A DNA stretch of 63,543 nt, counting the filler, from Neolecta irregularis DAH-3 (Eukaryota), in the NCBI GenBank assembly GCA_001929475.1. It is 9 parts of 9 records of this genome, joined end to end, with 100 filler letters (N's around TTAATTAATTAA, not from the genome) between each part and the next. Parts side by side here need not be neighbours in the genome. Positions count along the whole stretch, not along the records: positions 1 to 19,390 come from LXFE01002865.1; positions 19,491 to 24,375 come from LXFE01002867.1; positions 24,476 to 45,037 come from LXFE01000264.1; 6 more parts are not named here. One strand, given 5' to 3'. Within the stretch, counting starts at the first letter, position 1; each line of letters begins with the position of its first letter. The notes below the pieces were generated by a model. The model saw only the letters and a list, made by a program, of their open reading frames with translations, was not told the DNA's origin and made no database searches. The position numbers were made by a program, and so were the translations under genes. Shown here piece after piece: positions 12,455-24,759 of the stretch.

Positions 12455-14039
12455 TCAAAGATTGCCATCCTTGGTATATAGTCCAAGTTCTTTTTCTACT
12501 GCCCGAGCCAAGCGTTGCACCGCTTCTTCTCCTTTTATAAGGTCAATACTGGCAAAATTTGCTCGCAAGAACACATCGCGAAGAGGATTGATGGCGAACC
12601 AACTTCCTGGTATAACCAACACTTTCTCCTCCAATGCCCTATTGAAAATGCTGTCTTCGACTCCTTTCACTCCCAATATATGGAAGTCTGGATGTCGAGT
12701 ATGATCAATCTTGATCCAAATGAACATCCCGGCAGCTGGAGCAGTCCATGTGAATACATCAGTTCGAAGGTACTTTTGCATATTCGCCAGACATTTATTC
12801 CGTCTGTTTGTGTATTCAGATCGAATATAGACTAGCCAATCTAGAAATCCATGATGGCCCCATTTTTCAACAAGGAGATGATAGAGAAGCAATTGACTGA
12901 AGCCGGAAGCCGTTTGAATGGAGACTTCATTGTGGCGAATAACACGCTCGATAAACTGTGCACAGCCTGTTATCCAACCGCACCGAGAATTTGGAGCGAC
13001 AACCTGAGATTCAGATTTTTGAATTAAAAGGTCATACCTTTGAAAAGGAGTCGAGACGAAGGACTCGACCGTCTGTATCGAGTTTGAGAAAACTGGGCAG
13101 CAAACTTTGTACGAGTTCATCGGCCGTAGGAAGAGGTGGATCATGATCATGATCTTCTGTGTAGGGTTGCATTTGCAAAAAGTCAGCAAGTTAGAATTAT
13201 GTTGACAATATTTAGCGTACAATACGGATCGTCTTCAATGATTACAATATCGTACTTTTGACAGATTTTATATATACGTTTTCGGCGATTGATGCCCAAT
13301 GTCGCACCAGATGGATTTTGACCACATCTATGATGAATGTGAGTTTGTGGCTTATCATAGCGACATACGGGACCAGATAAATTACGGTTGGCCGTTTGGC
13401 GCCTTCTATTTGTTCATCCCATTTATCCAGTTTCTCTTCAAGAATATCATCTCGAATTCCTTCCGAATCCATGGCGATACCACACAGTTTTAAGCCCATA
13501 GGATCGGCAGTCTCGACTGCGGCTGGATACGCAAATTCTTCCAAAAGTAGAGCATCGCCTCGAGAACAGAGCATTCGAAGACAAAGAGCGAGTCCTTGTG
13601 TATTCCCCGCCGTGATAGAACATTGCCAATCTTCGTAGGGTGGTTTATGAGCAAGCTACATGGTTACACTAAAGTGCGTGCTGCTAAATTGTACCTTTGT
13701 ATGTTCCGTGACAAATTTCAAGAAATCCGAGACGCCATAACCTTGAGCATATTGCAGCGAATCAGAAAGAGAAAGCACGTTATTCTCCTTGGTCCTGTAT
13801 TTCTGAATCACAATTCTATCGCCAGCTACCTGTGTTTCTTTTTCTGAGAAGCGTCCTAATTCCGGGACAACGGCTTCCAAGGCAGAAAAAGGGAAATAGC
13901 AGGGTTCAGGAAGACCACCGCCCATTGTAATCATCCCTTCGCGTAGCGTGTAAGCATATGCGCATTTCAACGGTGAGGGTCTTCGTAGTGCGCTTTCTTT
14001 GGAGATATGGTGAGAGAAATCACGGGCTTTGTGGGACAT
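12455..14039 (-). CDS. PLP-dependent class I aromatic/aminoadipate aminotransferase (Aro8-like)
   Basis: MGGGLP..CYFPF, LQYAQGYG, GQNPSG, IIEDDPY, DGRVLRLDSFSK, APNSRCGW, PAAGMFIW. Confidence 0.9.
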
Positions 14040-14278
14040 GGCGTTTGCAAGGAGGCGTTAAACTTTACAATGGCTTTGCTATCTCCCGTAGCCAGCCACT
14101 AGTATTAAATGATTCCTGTTTGCCATTGACAACTGCAAATATCAACCGCTGTATCGTACCAACACTGCTTAAAGCGAGGGTTGTGTACACACGCGGAATA
14201 GGGCAAATGATGGGACAAGATGATATAGATGTAATTGCTCTAGTTTCTATCGGACAAGAGTAATATAAATGGAACACT

Positions 14279-15379
14279 TCAAAAAGTTGTCCCGCTGATG
14301 TAGAACCACTAATGCGTTGACAAAGCTTGACAGGATGACATACTTTATGAACAGCAGAGTCCAATGGAGCAGGAGGTAAATCTTGATGCCCTCGGATAGC
14401 TGGAGCATGCCCTCGGAAAGGCGAATATGCAATGGTAGTGTTGAGACTGGTGTCAACAGGTGATGCTTATTCTGATATACGTGGAGATGGTATTAGAATC
14501 AGATTTTCCGGTGATCAAGCGCTCCCACGCTTCAGCGGCTTCACTGACAACCTCGGTAGCATATTTGCGATTCTTGCATTCACCGGAAAATGCGAATTGA
14601 TTTTCTGGTTTTCCATCTGGGATCTTGTAAATCCGGAACCATTCGTTGGTTGCTCGGATTAATCCCGGCATATGTCTTTCGACGTCTTCGATATCTTGCG
14701 ATTAGAACGGGGAAGGAACAAAGGACACCATTTAGTTTGGGAGCCAATGGATCGTTTATGTCAATAGCGAGAATTTTCCAATCGGTTTCTCCTTCATCGA
14801 GGAGAGCCATGACTCCGAGGACTTTGACCTGTTTTATTTGACCAGTATATCCTACTGCTTCGCCAATCTCACAGACATCCAAAGGATCATTGTCGCCCTT
14901 TGCCTTGGTCTCTGGGTGGATGACATTGGGGTCCTCCCAGGTCTAGGAGTCAGCAACGAGGGGCAATGTTGCGGGGGCCGTGCCTGGGGAAAGGCACCAT
15001 AGTTCCAGATGTAGCCGCAGTGGGGAAAGCAGGAGCGGACGAATCGGAGCTTGCCCTTCTTGACATCCTGCTTGATGGGGTTCATTGGCTCTTCCTTGCT
15101 GATCTGGGGGCATGGTCGGCGACAGAGCAGGTCGGGAGAAGAGTTACCTCCATTTTGGCATTTGTCCAGCCTGAGGGTCAGAGGCAAGCAGCGGGAGCGG
15201 GCAGGCATACGGGGCACCTCGACGACCATGTTCAGGACGGTCTTGGCGTCGTCCGCATAGAGCGGGATGTCGTGGAAGGCGGAGACGACTGCGCCGTCGC
15301 GCTCGATGTAGACTCTGTGGTCGGGCGTGTATCGCGGTGCGATTGCGCGGAGGGAGAAGTCGCGGGCGGCGGCAGGCAT
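14279..15379 (-). CDS. IPP1: Inorganic pyrophosphatase, multi-exon
   Basis: [82 protein letters not shown]. Confidence 0.96.
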
Positions 15380-15569
15380 GGTGTGCTGGAGATGGGCGAG
15401 CAGGAGGTGTGCGCGGGTCAGGGAAGCCAGGATGGCGGGTTCTTAAACAGGCGGGTAGGCTCGTTAACTGGTGGTTAGTAGCGGGGGCGGGTCCGCAAAC
15501 TGGAGGTTGGTTGGGCTGGATGCCGGCTTGCGTCTGCAAGATTTTTCGGATATTGCTGGACCCGCCCTG

Positions 15570-17125
15570 ATGCCGCCCCTCTCGCGATCCACCCGCATCG
15601 GCATCCTGCTGGCCATCGACTCGGTCTTCTTCGTGGTCGAGATCGTCTGCGGTAGCTCTCTGCGCCCGATCTCGCTGACCCGCGCAAGGCTACACGGTCC
15701 ATTCCCTGGCGCTGGTTGCCGATTCGTTCCACATGGCATTCTCCCGCTGCCGCTGCCGCTGACCCGCAGCTCAACGACGTCTTCTCGCTCATCGTTGCGC
15801 TGTACGCCGTAAAGGTGCCGCCGCGCGCCCGTCTGCCGCTCATTCCAGCTCGCCGGCAGCAGAAAGGCGTCGTCAGAGTACTCCTACGGCTGGCAGCGCG
15901 CAGAAATCCTAGGCGCGCTGATCAACGGCGTTTTCCTTCTCGCTCTCTGTCTGAGCATCTTTCTCGAAGCCGTCCAGCGCTTCTTCGAACCCCAGGGTAT
16001 GTCCGTTTGCAAACATTCCAAACACGGTAGAAATCAGCAATCCGAAACTCGTCTTGATTGTTGGCTGTGCTGGCTTGGCAAGTAACTTGATCGGGCTAGT
16101 CTTGTTTCACGGTATGTTATTCTCCCGGGCGTCTCTTATCTAGAACACGGCCACGGACATCAGCAATATCATGGAGCAGTGGAAGAAAGCGATTCTGGCC
16201 CTGTAGATCGTGGCGATATTGAATCTGTGCTTCCGTCTACCATAGTACAGAGTATCGCAAGACCGCGACAGGTTTCAACTAGGCCCCGAAGCCGCCATAC
16301 AAGTTTTGCTAGCGCCGATAGTATCTATCTTCATCCCAGCCAAAGCAGACGTGCAGTAATCGAAGCTGCCAAACCCGATGACGATGTTGACCAAGACCTT
16401 GTCGAGGCCGATGCTGCCGCTCTTCATTCGACTCATAAACATCTTCTCAACAAGCTCAACGGAAATTCTGGAAAGGACAGCCATTCTCACCGGAATCTCA
16501 ACATGAGAGGGGTTCTGATAGAATTTCAATATATTGCTTATGGTACAGGTGTTTCTCCATGTCATGGGCGATTTTGTCGGAAATCTCGGCGTCGTTGCAA
16601 CAGCCTTGTTCATTTGGAAAACGGACTTTTCCTGGAGATTCTACTCAGACCCTGTCATTTCCCTTTTTATCACAGCAATCATCTTCTCAAGCGCTCTGCC
16701 ACTATGCAAATCAGCAAGCCAGATATTACTTCAGCGCGTTCCCACTGGCGTCAAATTAAGTGATGTGAAAGAGGACATTTCCAACGTGAGAATTTTCACC
16801 CCACACTAAACAAGGCTCACTACCATAGATCAAAGGAGTTGATAGCGTCCATGAATTACATATTTGGCAGCTTTCCGATATCAAGATGATTGCTTCGGTC
16901 CATGTCATGGTATCTTTATTGCCGACCGAGTCTAAAGAGTACATGACTATCGCAACCGCTATCAGAACGTGTCTGCACGAGTACGGCATTCATTCGTCGA
17001 CAATTCAACCGGAATTCGCTGGGATTATCCCCCGCATGCACCCACGAATAGAAGAAGTTGGAGACAATACTTGTCTTCTTAGCTGTGTCGGAGGAGACCA
17101 TTGCAATGATGCTCAGTGCTGTTAA
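15570..17125 (+). CDS. CDF-family zinc transporter (Zrc1/Cot1/Zhf1-like)
   Basis: SLALVADSFHM|LND, YSYGWQRAEILGALINGVFL, His-containing loop, NLNMRG|VFLHVMGD, VHELHIWQL, GIHSSTIQPE. Confidence 0.93.
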
Positions 17126-17322
17126 AGAATAACTTGACTGGAAATAACTGGAGTTTCGTGTAGATTGGTGGCTTTTATGACCTAATATTTCATCAAGTTG
17201 AAGCAGGCAGCCTATGAGATCGGCGTTTGGGCACCCCCACGATATTTTTATGCCCCTGTGCCCCTTCCCCGCCGGCAGCAATAAAAGCCTGTCATCGATC
17301 TCTTCAAACGCCTATCAGCATC

Positions 17323-18466
17323 ATGGTGCCTCTCCAAGTAGGCATTTATCCTCCATTGCCTACATTCTTCTTTCCCGAAACTGAAAATGTCGATACGGCG
17401 ACTTGCGTACAACATTGCCTGAGAATGGCTCAGAGTACATTTGTTTATGTGCGCCGGTTTGACAATCTCCAGGCGGCGTCGCAGGTGTAGTCCTTCAGGG
17501 TATTGATTCTTTTTTTGCGGTACTACTCACTCTTCAGGCTCGACTGGAGAGGCAGTTCACCTTTCCCATGCAGAAAGAAGCCAGGTTACACAAGCCGTAG
17601 TCAAGGCATTGAGAACAGCCGGATATCTCAACATGCCTGTTATAGTTGGTGCTGGTGCTCAAAGTACCCGAGAAACCATCCAGCTTTGCAACCTTGCCCA
17701 CGCCGATGGCGGGAATTATGTCTTGGCAGGCTAATCTGATCCAGACATTTCGGGGTTAATCTGCAGATCCTTTCGCCGAGTTATTTTCAAAGAAATATGA
17801 CTGATGGTGTTATCAAACAGTTCTTTATCGACGTACAATGTAGTTATGTATGGATTGTTCACAGTGCAGGTTGCAAACGAGTCGCCATTGCCAGTTTTGA
17901 TATACAACTTTCCAGGTGTACTTGGAGGTATCGACCTTGACACAGATGTCATTACTGAACTCTCGCAACATGCAAATATCGTGGGAGTTAAACTTACATG
18001 TGGAAACAATGGGAAACTAACAAGGCATTATTGACTTTTTACATGTCCTTATAAAGATAGGCTCACATCCTTGCCGGCAAGTTACCTAGGCCCGACGAAT
18101 GTCAATCCGACCGCGAGAAATTTCGTTGCGTTTGGAGGATTTGGAGATTTCTTGCTCCAATCATTGATCATTGGCGGTGGAGGAGCAATCTGTGGTCTTG
18201 CAAATGTTGTACCAAAGACCTGTATTCATCTCGTCAACCTGTTCAAGGAAAAAAAGCTTGAAGAGGCCGTCCAATTACAATTCAAACTAGCATGGGCAGA
18301 TTGGATCCTCGTTAAAGTTGGAGTGCCAGGAACAAAATACGCAATTGAAATGAGTGAAGGTTATGGTGGACTTTGTCGCAAACCTTTACCCGAGTGCAAT
18401 CCCGAAATGATGACAATGATCAAGAAGGAATTGCAAGATATTCTTATAATCGAAACAGGGCTATAA
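17323..18466 (+). CDS. Dihydrodipicolinate-synthase-family aldolase (fungal deoxyhexulosonate/HOGA aldolase-like)
   Basis: GIYPPLPTFF, QG|STGEAVHL, SPLPVLIYNFPG, NIVGVKLTCGNNGKL (Schiff-base Lys), GAICGLANVVP. Confidence 0.88.
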
Positions 18467-18605
18467 AGAGCCATCAACCACTTTGTCCGTTCATAATTTT
18501 AAGGTTAGAAATAAAAAGCAATCTTTCAGAAACAATCTGAACCCCGCTTTACCAGCCTACAATCGACATTTCTTTTCGCACAATCAATCTTTAGCCTAAA
18601 TCAAG

Positions 18606-19064
18606 ATGTCTAGTCCTCTCTCTGTTACGCCCAAAAACATATCTGGCACATATGTCTTGAACAAGTCTCTTTCGTCCGATCATGATGCCGTATTGCGAGC
18701 TCAGGGTATCGGTTGGTTTACTCGAAAGGTATCTTGGCCACTTGATCTGTGGTTTGTTGAAATATAAAGGCAATCGGGTTGGCCACTGTAAGCCTTAAAA
18801 TCAACCATTACATCTCTGAAGAAGATAATTTCGAGCACATGGAGGTTACATTCGGGTCAATTGCGGGTATCCAACCGAAATTAGAACACTATGTACAAAA
18901 CCGCCATTGACCATAAGCTGATCCCCCAGGTTTTCAATTCTATCAACCGGGAACGGGATGATCCGGTCTTTGGTCAAGTAATTACCAACTCTAAACGAGT
19001 TCCCATTTCCGAACTCACGGACGATTTTCTCAAGGAGGATTGGCTAGACGATATTGAAGAGGGT
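18606..19064 (+). CDS. Conserved fungal hypothetical protein, truncated by gap
   Basis: MSSPLSVTPKNISGTYVLNKSLSSDHDAVLRAQGIGWFTRK|AIGLATVSLKI resembles a widespread fungal family of uncertain function. Confidence 0.55.
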
Positions 19065-19074
19065 NNNNNNNNNN

Positions 19075-19390
19075 CAGCTGATCCCCCAGGTTTTCAATTC
19101 TATCAACCGGGAAAGGGATGATCCGGTCTTTGGTCAAGTAATTACCAACTCTAAACGGGTTCCCATTTCCGAACTCACGGACGATTTTCTCAAGGAGGAT
19201 TGGCTAGACGATATTGAAGAGGGTNNNNNNNNNNTCCACAGTCTCTGAATCTGTAATCGCTCCGCTCGATATTACCCTGCATCAGTCTCTGTCGAAGAGC
19301 GGCAACCTCCTAGTGCAAGACCTTTTCACGTCTTTACTAAGTGTAACATCGTCCTCATCATTATCTGTAAATTTCATCAAAGTTCTTGGA
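19075..19390 (+). other. Mis-scaffolded duplicate fragments: copy of ~18915-19064 and copy of VPS8 ~6755-6909
   Basis: Near-identical to other parts of the window, separated by 10-N gaps, with a few synonymous differences. Confidence 0.9.
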
Positions 19391-19490
19391 NNNNNNNNNN
19401 NNNNNNNNNNNNNNNNNNNNNNNNNNNNNNNNNNTTAATTAATTAANNNNNNNNNNNNNNNNNNNNNNNNNNNNNNNNNNNNNNNNNNNN
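19391..19490. other. Artificial scaffold linker N-TTAATTAATTAA-N (also near 24420, 45082, 53044, 55829, 56947, 58238, 60141)
   Basis: Identical six-frame-stop linker embedded in N runs eight times. Confidence 0.98.
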
Positions 19491-20654
19491 TCTAGTTGAG
19501 GCTGAATCTTCTACAGACCAAATGCTGCTGAATGCGGGCATTGCAGTAATATTCTATTTGAGGCTGAATTTAGGCTGCGTTCGCCAGCCACACAAAAGAA
19601 ATATCTCCATTTTCTAAAACAGGGAATATCATACTTGTTGATGGAAATTAACATTTTGCGAACTTTATTCTTCATAAACGCCACTAACTGCGTTCGCCGC
19701 CACAGTGAAATAAAATATTGCCTTTTTGGTCAACGCCACAAAGGCTTGACAGCAGCAAGGTTGCTTCTCGGTGGTACTATTGTAGTAGTGGTTGATAATA
19801 AACCTGAATGGTTCATGTTGAATAAGAGATGAGGGGAATTGTAGCCCATGGGCCTAAAAAGCCAGGCCCATTGAATTGCGGCAATGTCTACAAGTCTTAC
19901 CCGCAGATGTCCTATTCGATTCGCTATTCAGGTCTCTTCAATGCAACTAGTACTATAGGAGGCATCACCAATTGCTCATTCTGTAATGTTCTACAGTTCT
20001 ATGACATCCTCCAAGGAAATATTCTGGCTCAAAAAGAACCCAGCTGCGAAATATTATCCTGCATATCTGGCTCCAACAGGCTACCGCAATATTTGTTCTG
20101 TTGCCTAACAGGAAATTTATTTCCTCTGGCGCCAGCTCATTTTGGAGAACAAGGCGAAAAGAATTCAGTTGGCTCACGCATCTAAATTTTAACCATTAAT
20201 GAAGTCGGGGCTTGGCCTTGTATCAGGTAGGTATTCATGCTAACTTTGCTATGAGGGTTCAAGAAAGATATTTTATTGATAAACCTAATAAACTTTTCTG
20301 CAGAGCACATCCTCCACTCTGGCAGAACGTTAAACTAAGAAACGGGAAACAACTCCCAAACGCCCAGAATCTACCTAGTGACTCCTCAGCTCTCTGCATA
20401 CTCCTGACTGTCGAGGATACCCTGGGTGAGATAATGGCTAAAGAATGAGCCTGCCGTCAGTCCGATATTCTGATGGTTGCAAGTATGGATGAGCCTGAGT
20501 GGAACCGTGGGCAGTGGAACCGTGGGCAGGACTTTGGGAGTAACTATTTTGAATGACGATATCTGGCTATTAAGAAGGGTTCTGCCGGATGTTGTTGAGA
20601 GTGGAGAGATTATGGAGTGGAGGGAGGGTCAGCGGATAACGATCGAGATTCACC

Positions 20655-22094
20655 ATGGCCCTCAGAGTCGCCCTCAAGACCCCCAAAGGCACAAAAGACT
20701 GGTGCCATGCAGACATCCGCCTCAGAGACCACATCTTTGCCACAATCGCCGCCGTCTTTGCCGCTCACGGCGCGGTTCCCCTAGACACCCCCGTCTTCGA
20801 GCGCTCAGAAATCCTCGCCGGCAAATACGGCCAAGACGCAAAGCTCATCTACAACCTCCAGGACCAGGGCGGCGAACTCTGCTCCCTCCGCTACGACCTC
20901 ACAGTCCCCTTTGCCAGATGGCTCGCCATGAACAACATCCTCCAAATAAAGCGCTACCACATCGCAAAAGTCTACCGCAGAGACCAGCCCGCAATCGCAA
21001 AGGGCCGCTTGCGAGAGTTCTACCAGTGCGACTTTGATATCGCTGGCTCCTTTGACCCCATGATCCCCGACGCAGAAATAATAAAAATCCTCTGCAAAGT
21101 CCTCGCAGACCTCGACATCGGCTCCTTTACCGTAAAACTAAACCACAGAAAACTCCTAGACGGCATCTTTCAGATCTGCGGCGTCCCAGACTCGCTCATT
21201 CGCCCAATCTCGAGCGCCGTAGACAAGCTCGACAAGGCATTCCTCCACAATGTTCTCGCTAATGTCAGCTGCCCTGGGACGCCGTCCGCAACGAAATGAT
21301 CCTCGAAAAGGGCCTCGACCCTCTCGTTGCAGACAAAATCGCTTCCTACGTCAAGCTCAAAGGTACCCTTCCCTCGTTCTCTCTCACATCCAGGCGGCCA
21401 CGATCTCCTGGAAATCCTAGAACGCGACCCCGCAATCACCTCAAACCCCTCCGCTTCCGCCGCTCTCAAAGACCTCGGCCTCCTCTTTAACTACCTCGCC
21501 GCCCTCTCCATCCTCGATAAAATCTCCTTTGACCTTTCTCTCGCCAGAGGCTTGGATTACTATACAGGCATAATCTACGAAGCAGTCACACAAGCATCCC
21601 AAGACGACTCCATCGGCTCAGTCGCTGCCGGAGGCCGCTACGACGACCTCGTCGGCATGTTTGCAAACAAACCAAACACCATCGTTCCCTGCGTAGGCAT
21701 ATCCATCGGCGTCGAACGCGTCTTTTCAATCCTAAAATCACGCACTCCCATCATCGATCAGAATTCAGTCCAGGTCTACGTAATGGCCTTTGGAGGCGGC
21801 AAAGACTGGACCGGCTTCATCGCAGAACGTCTCTCAATTTGCAATATCCTATGGGACGCTGGAATCAAGGCCGAACTATTGTACAAGAATAAACCGAAAC
21901 CCAGACCACAATTCGAAGCCGCTGAACGAGGTAAAATTCCCCTCGCCGTCATCCTCGGTCAATCTGAATATCCAAACGGTCAGGTTCGCGTCAAAAAATT
22001 AGGCTTGAAATTAGATTCCGATCAAGGCGATCTTGTCAATATCGGTGATTTGGTACAATATCTCTTGAAAACCTTGACCGAATTAAAATTGTAA
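20655..22094 (+). CDS. HTS1: Histidyl-tRNA synthetase, 3 exons
   Basis: [63 protein letters not shown]. Confidence 0.97.
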
Positions 22095-22149
22095 GTTCAG
22101 CGTCAAGTTTCGATATATTAGATTATTTCAGTTCGATATATTAGATATT

Positions 22150-23811
22150 TTATACTCTTTCCCGCAGCGTATCTTTCAACCATCCTGAAATCAGCAAAAT
22201 CACAATCAAAACACACCCATTTTTTCAAAAACGTCTACGCCAAGGCTTCGAATTCCGACAATCGGAGCCCATGTAGTTGAATACAATTTACAAAGCTTAT
22301 CGCAGACACCAATACGCACGTGATTGTCAAAATATCGCTTGCGGTTATACTGTTCCAATACAATTGTAGACCCTATCATTAGCCCAATAAATATAGAGCA
22401 ACCAATGTCGGAGCCAGTGTAGACTGCATCGCTCAAGACCGCAGTTAGCGATTGAACGTCTTGCATTCCCATGTTCAATCCCTGTCCTGCGAGAGGATGA
22501 ATCGTATGAGCCGCATCGCCTACCAGAGCCACCCGGTCAGAAATATATGTATCCGCATGTCTCATGCGAAGANNNNNNNNNNCACGTCTTGCATTCCCAT
22601 GTTCAATCCCTGTCCTGCGAGAGGATGAATCGTGTGAGCCGCATCGCCTACCAGAGCCACCCGGTCAGAAATATATGTATCCGCATGTCTCATGCGAAGA
22701 GGAAAACAAGCAATATTCGAGGCTTCTAATACTGAAGGCGGGACATCTCCATCAACCCTTGTACATTGCAATCGCCACGATACCTCATCAGCAATATCGG
22801 AAGATTCAGTTGAAATGTATGATAAGTCAGTTGGCGTCAATCGGAACGCGGCTGTTATCAGAGCGGAAAAGTCCCGAGACGACATTGATTTGAATCTATT
22901 TGCGAGTTGAGATGTCGTTGACCAAACGAGACTGGCATATCCATCGGGAAGCTAAAAGTCAGTTTCCGAGTAACCAAGAACAACAGGAAGAAGAGCGATT
23001 GGACCTGTTGGAAGGAACCTTTGCCAGGCGGTTAGCGTCGGTCGACTTGTTTTCAGAGTAGAAACTACTCCATGACCGTAATCCCATCCTCTTGACTCGA
23101 TGCTTGCAAATGTCCGCACAGGAGAATTTACACCGTCGGCTCCAATCTATATATAAGTCTTGCATATCACCAACGACAAACCAGTAATCTAGATTCAATC
23201 GCCTTGCCAGATGATAAACTAATCACAGGAAATTCATCTGGTCTAGTAATATTCAAAACTTGTTGCTGACTGAATATATCCACCCGCCCTAATTCATTCA
23301 ACCGGTCAAGCAAACAATTCTGCAGATTAGAAATCTCCGTGATGGTTCCATGAGGTTCATCCGAAGGAAACGTTATTCGCGAACCACTGATGCCGTCCCA
23401 CACTTGCATGTCCTTGTAAGCTTGTACCCTTGACCCGTCGATAAACTTCCAAGCGCCAATATCTACCGAAATCAACGAGACCGCCTGCAACACCCACCGT
23501 TGAGAAAATTGACCGTACAACGCGTCAATGAAACCGTCCGACTCGAAAATAATGGCGTGCTCTTCCATTTGGCCAATGGCGAACTCTCAATCACCGCCAT
23601 TTTCAAATCTTGCGTCCCACATTTCGATCCTAAAGTCAACTCGCAGAAAAATATACTTACGAAGAGCAGCGGCTAACGATAGGCCAGCGGTGGCTCCACC
23701 GACAATAACCACATCATAAAATGGTAAAGAACCCGCTGAAATCAACCTTTTGCCAAAGTTCGCCCGATAGGAGGATAGAGTCCACGGGGTTAAAAGCGGG
23801 TTTATCACCAT
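22150..23811 (-). CDS. COQ6: Ubiquinone biosynthesis FAD monooxygenase, with gap and local duplication near 22573
   Basis: [57 protein letters not shown]. Confidence 0.93.
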
Positions 23812-24475
23812 GTGAAATTGATGGGGTTAAAGTTGGTCACACTCCTCCACGTTCATCTTAAACCTTCAGATATGAATGATTCGGATACACATGAAATTCT
23901 TTTTGCAAGTGAACACTGAATCCCGTTTTCTCGAATTATTGTCCGCGATTGTCTCATTACAATCTTCGAAGAGATGCTCTTATGCCTTCATTGTATTTTG
24001 ATAAAATATCAATCAGCGGGCGACAAGTGTTTTAATTCAAATATATTTCTATTCTAAACAAATTACTAGCAAAAGGAACATTAATCCAGAAATTTATTCG
24101 TCATTATGTGATTTGTAAACGTTTGCACTGCTCTCAGTATTATTCGTTGGTTGTAATGATAGTATCCATAAAATGTCGTTGCTGGCGGCTTTTATTAACA
24201 TAATATTGAAATCTCGTGCTCTCCCCGTATACTTTCAAGAGAACAAATTCCACGAGGTCGCCAGCTAATTGTGGAAAAGGGAGCGATACTACACCGGCCG
24301 CGTTGGTGGAATAAGAAGGTATCATGTAGCCTGCCACATCAATTACAAGGTTAATGGCTGACATTTTGACATTTTNNNNNNNNNNNNNNNNNNNNNNNNN
24401 NNNNNNNNNNNNNNNNNNNTTAATTAATTAANNNNNNNNNNNNNNNNNNNNNNNNNNNNNNNNNNNNNNNNNNNN

Positions 24476-24615
24476 ACTGTGTATTCTACAGACTGACCCA
24501 TAATACATTCACCATACTGTGTATTCTACAGACTGACCCATTGCGAATACGTTTCACCATACTGTGTATTCTACAGACTGACCCATTGCGAATACGTTTC
24601 ACCATACTTTGTGTA
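24476..24615. repeat. Minisatellite, 40-45 bp unit, about 3 copies, at a scaffold edge
   Basis: ACTGTGTATTCTACAGACTGACCCATTGCGAATACGTTTCACCAT repeated head-to-tail; first copy shorter. Confidence 0.9.
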
Positions 24616-24759
24616 TATTTCATGTATCCGCTCGACTCGATAACCATGTTGATCTGGTGGAAAGCCAGTTCCTGTCCCACCCGCGACTTGTAACTTTATA
24701 GCCAAAAACCGGTTTAAATTACATTTTAACAGCCAAAATTAAAGTAGAAAACAGGAAAA

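Noticed and set aside
12455-18466. Aminotransferase, aldolase and transporter as a metabolic gene cluster
   Set aside because: Interleaved with housekeeping genes; no backbone enzyme or shared pathway logic
19435-19446. TTAATTAATTAA as a biological motif, and gene neighbourhoods across it
   Set aside because: Artificial six-frame-stop linker; adjacency across linkers is not synteny
19491-20600. Short ORFs and a small hairpin upstream of HTS1
   Set aside because: No recognisable protein or RNA motif; left uncalled
24140-24376. 74-aa minus-strand ORF at a scaffold end
   Set aside because: Could be a truncated gene end, but nothing supports a call
24476-24615. Possible CRISPR-like array
   Set aside because: Units are contiguous with no unique spacers; eukaryotic context with no cas genes
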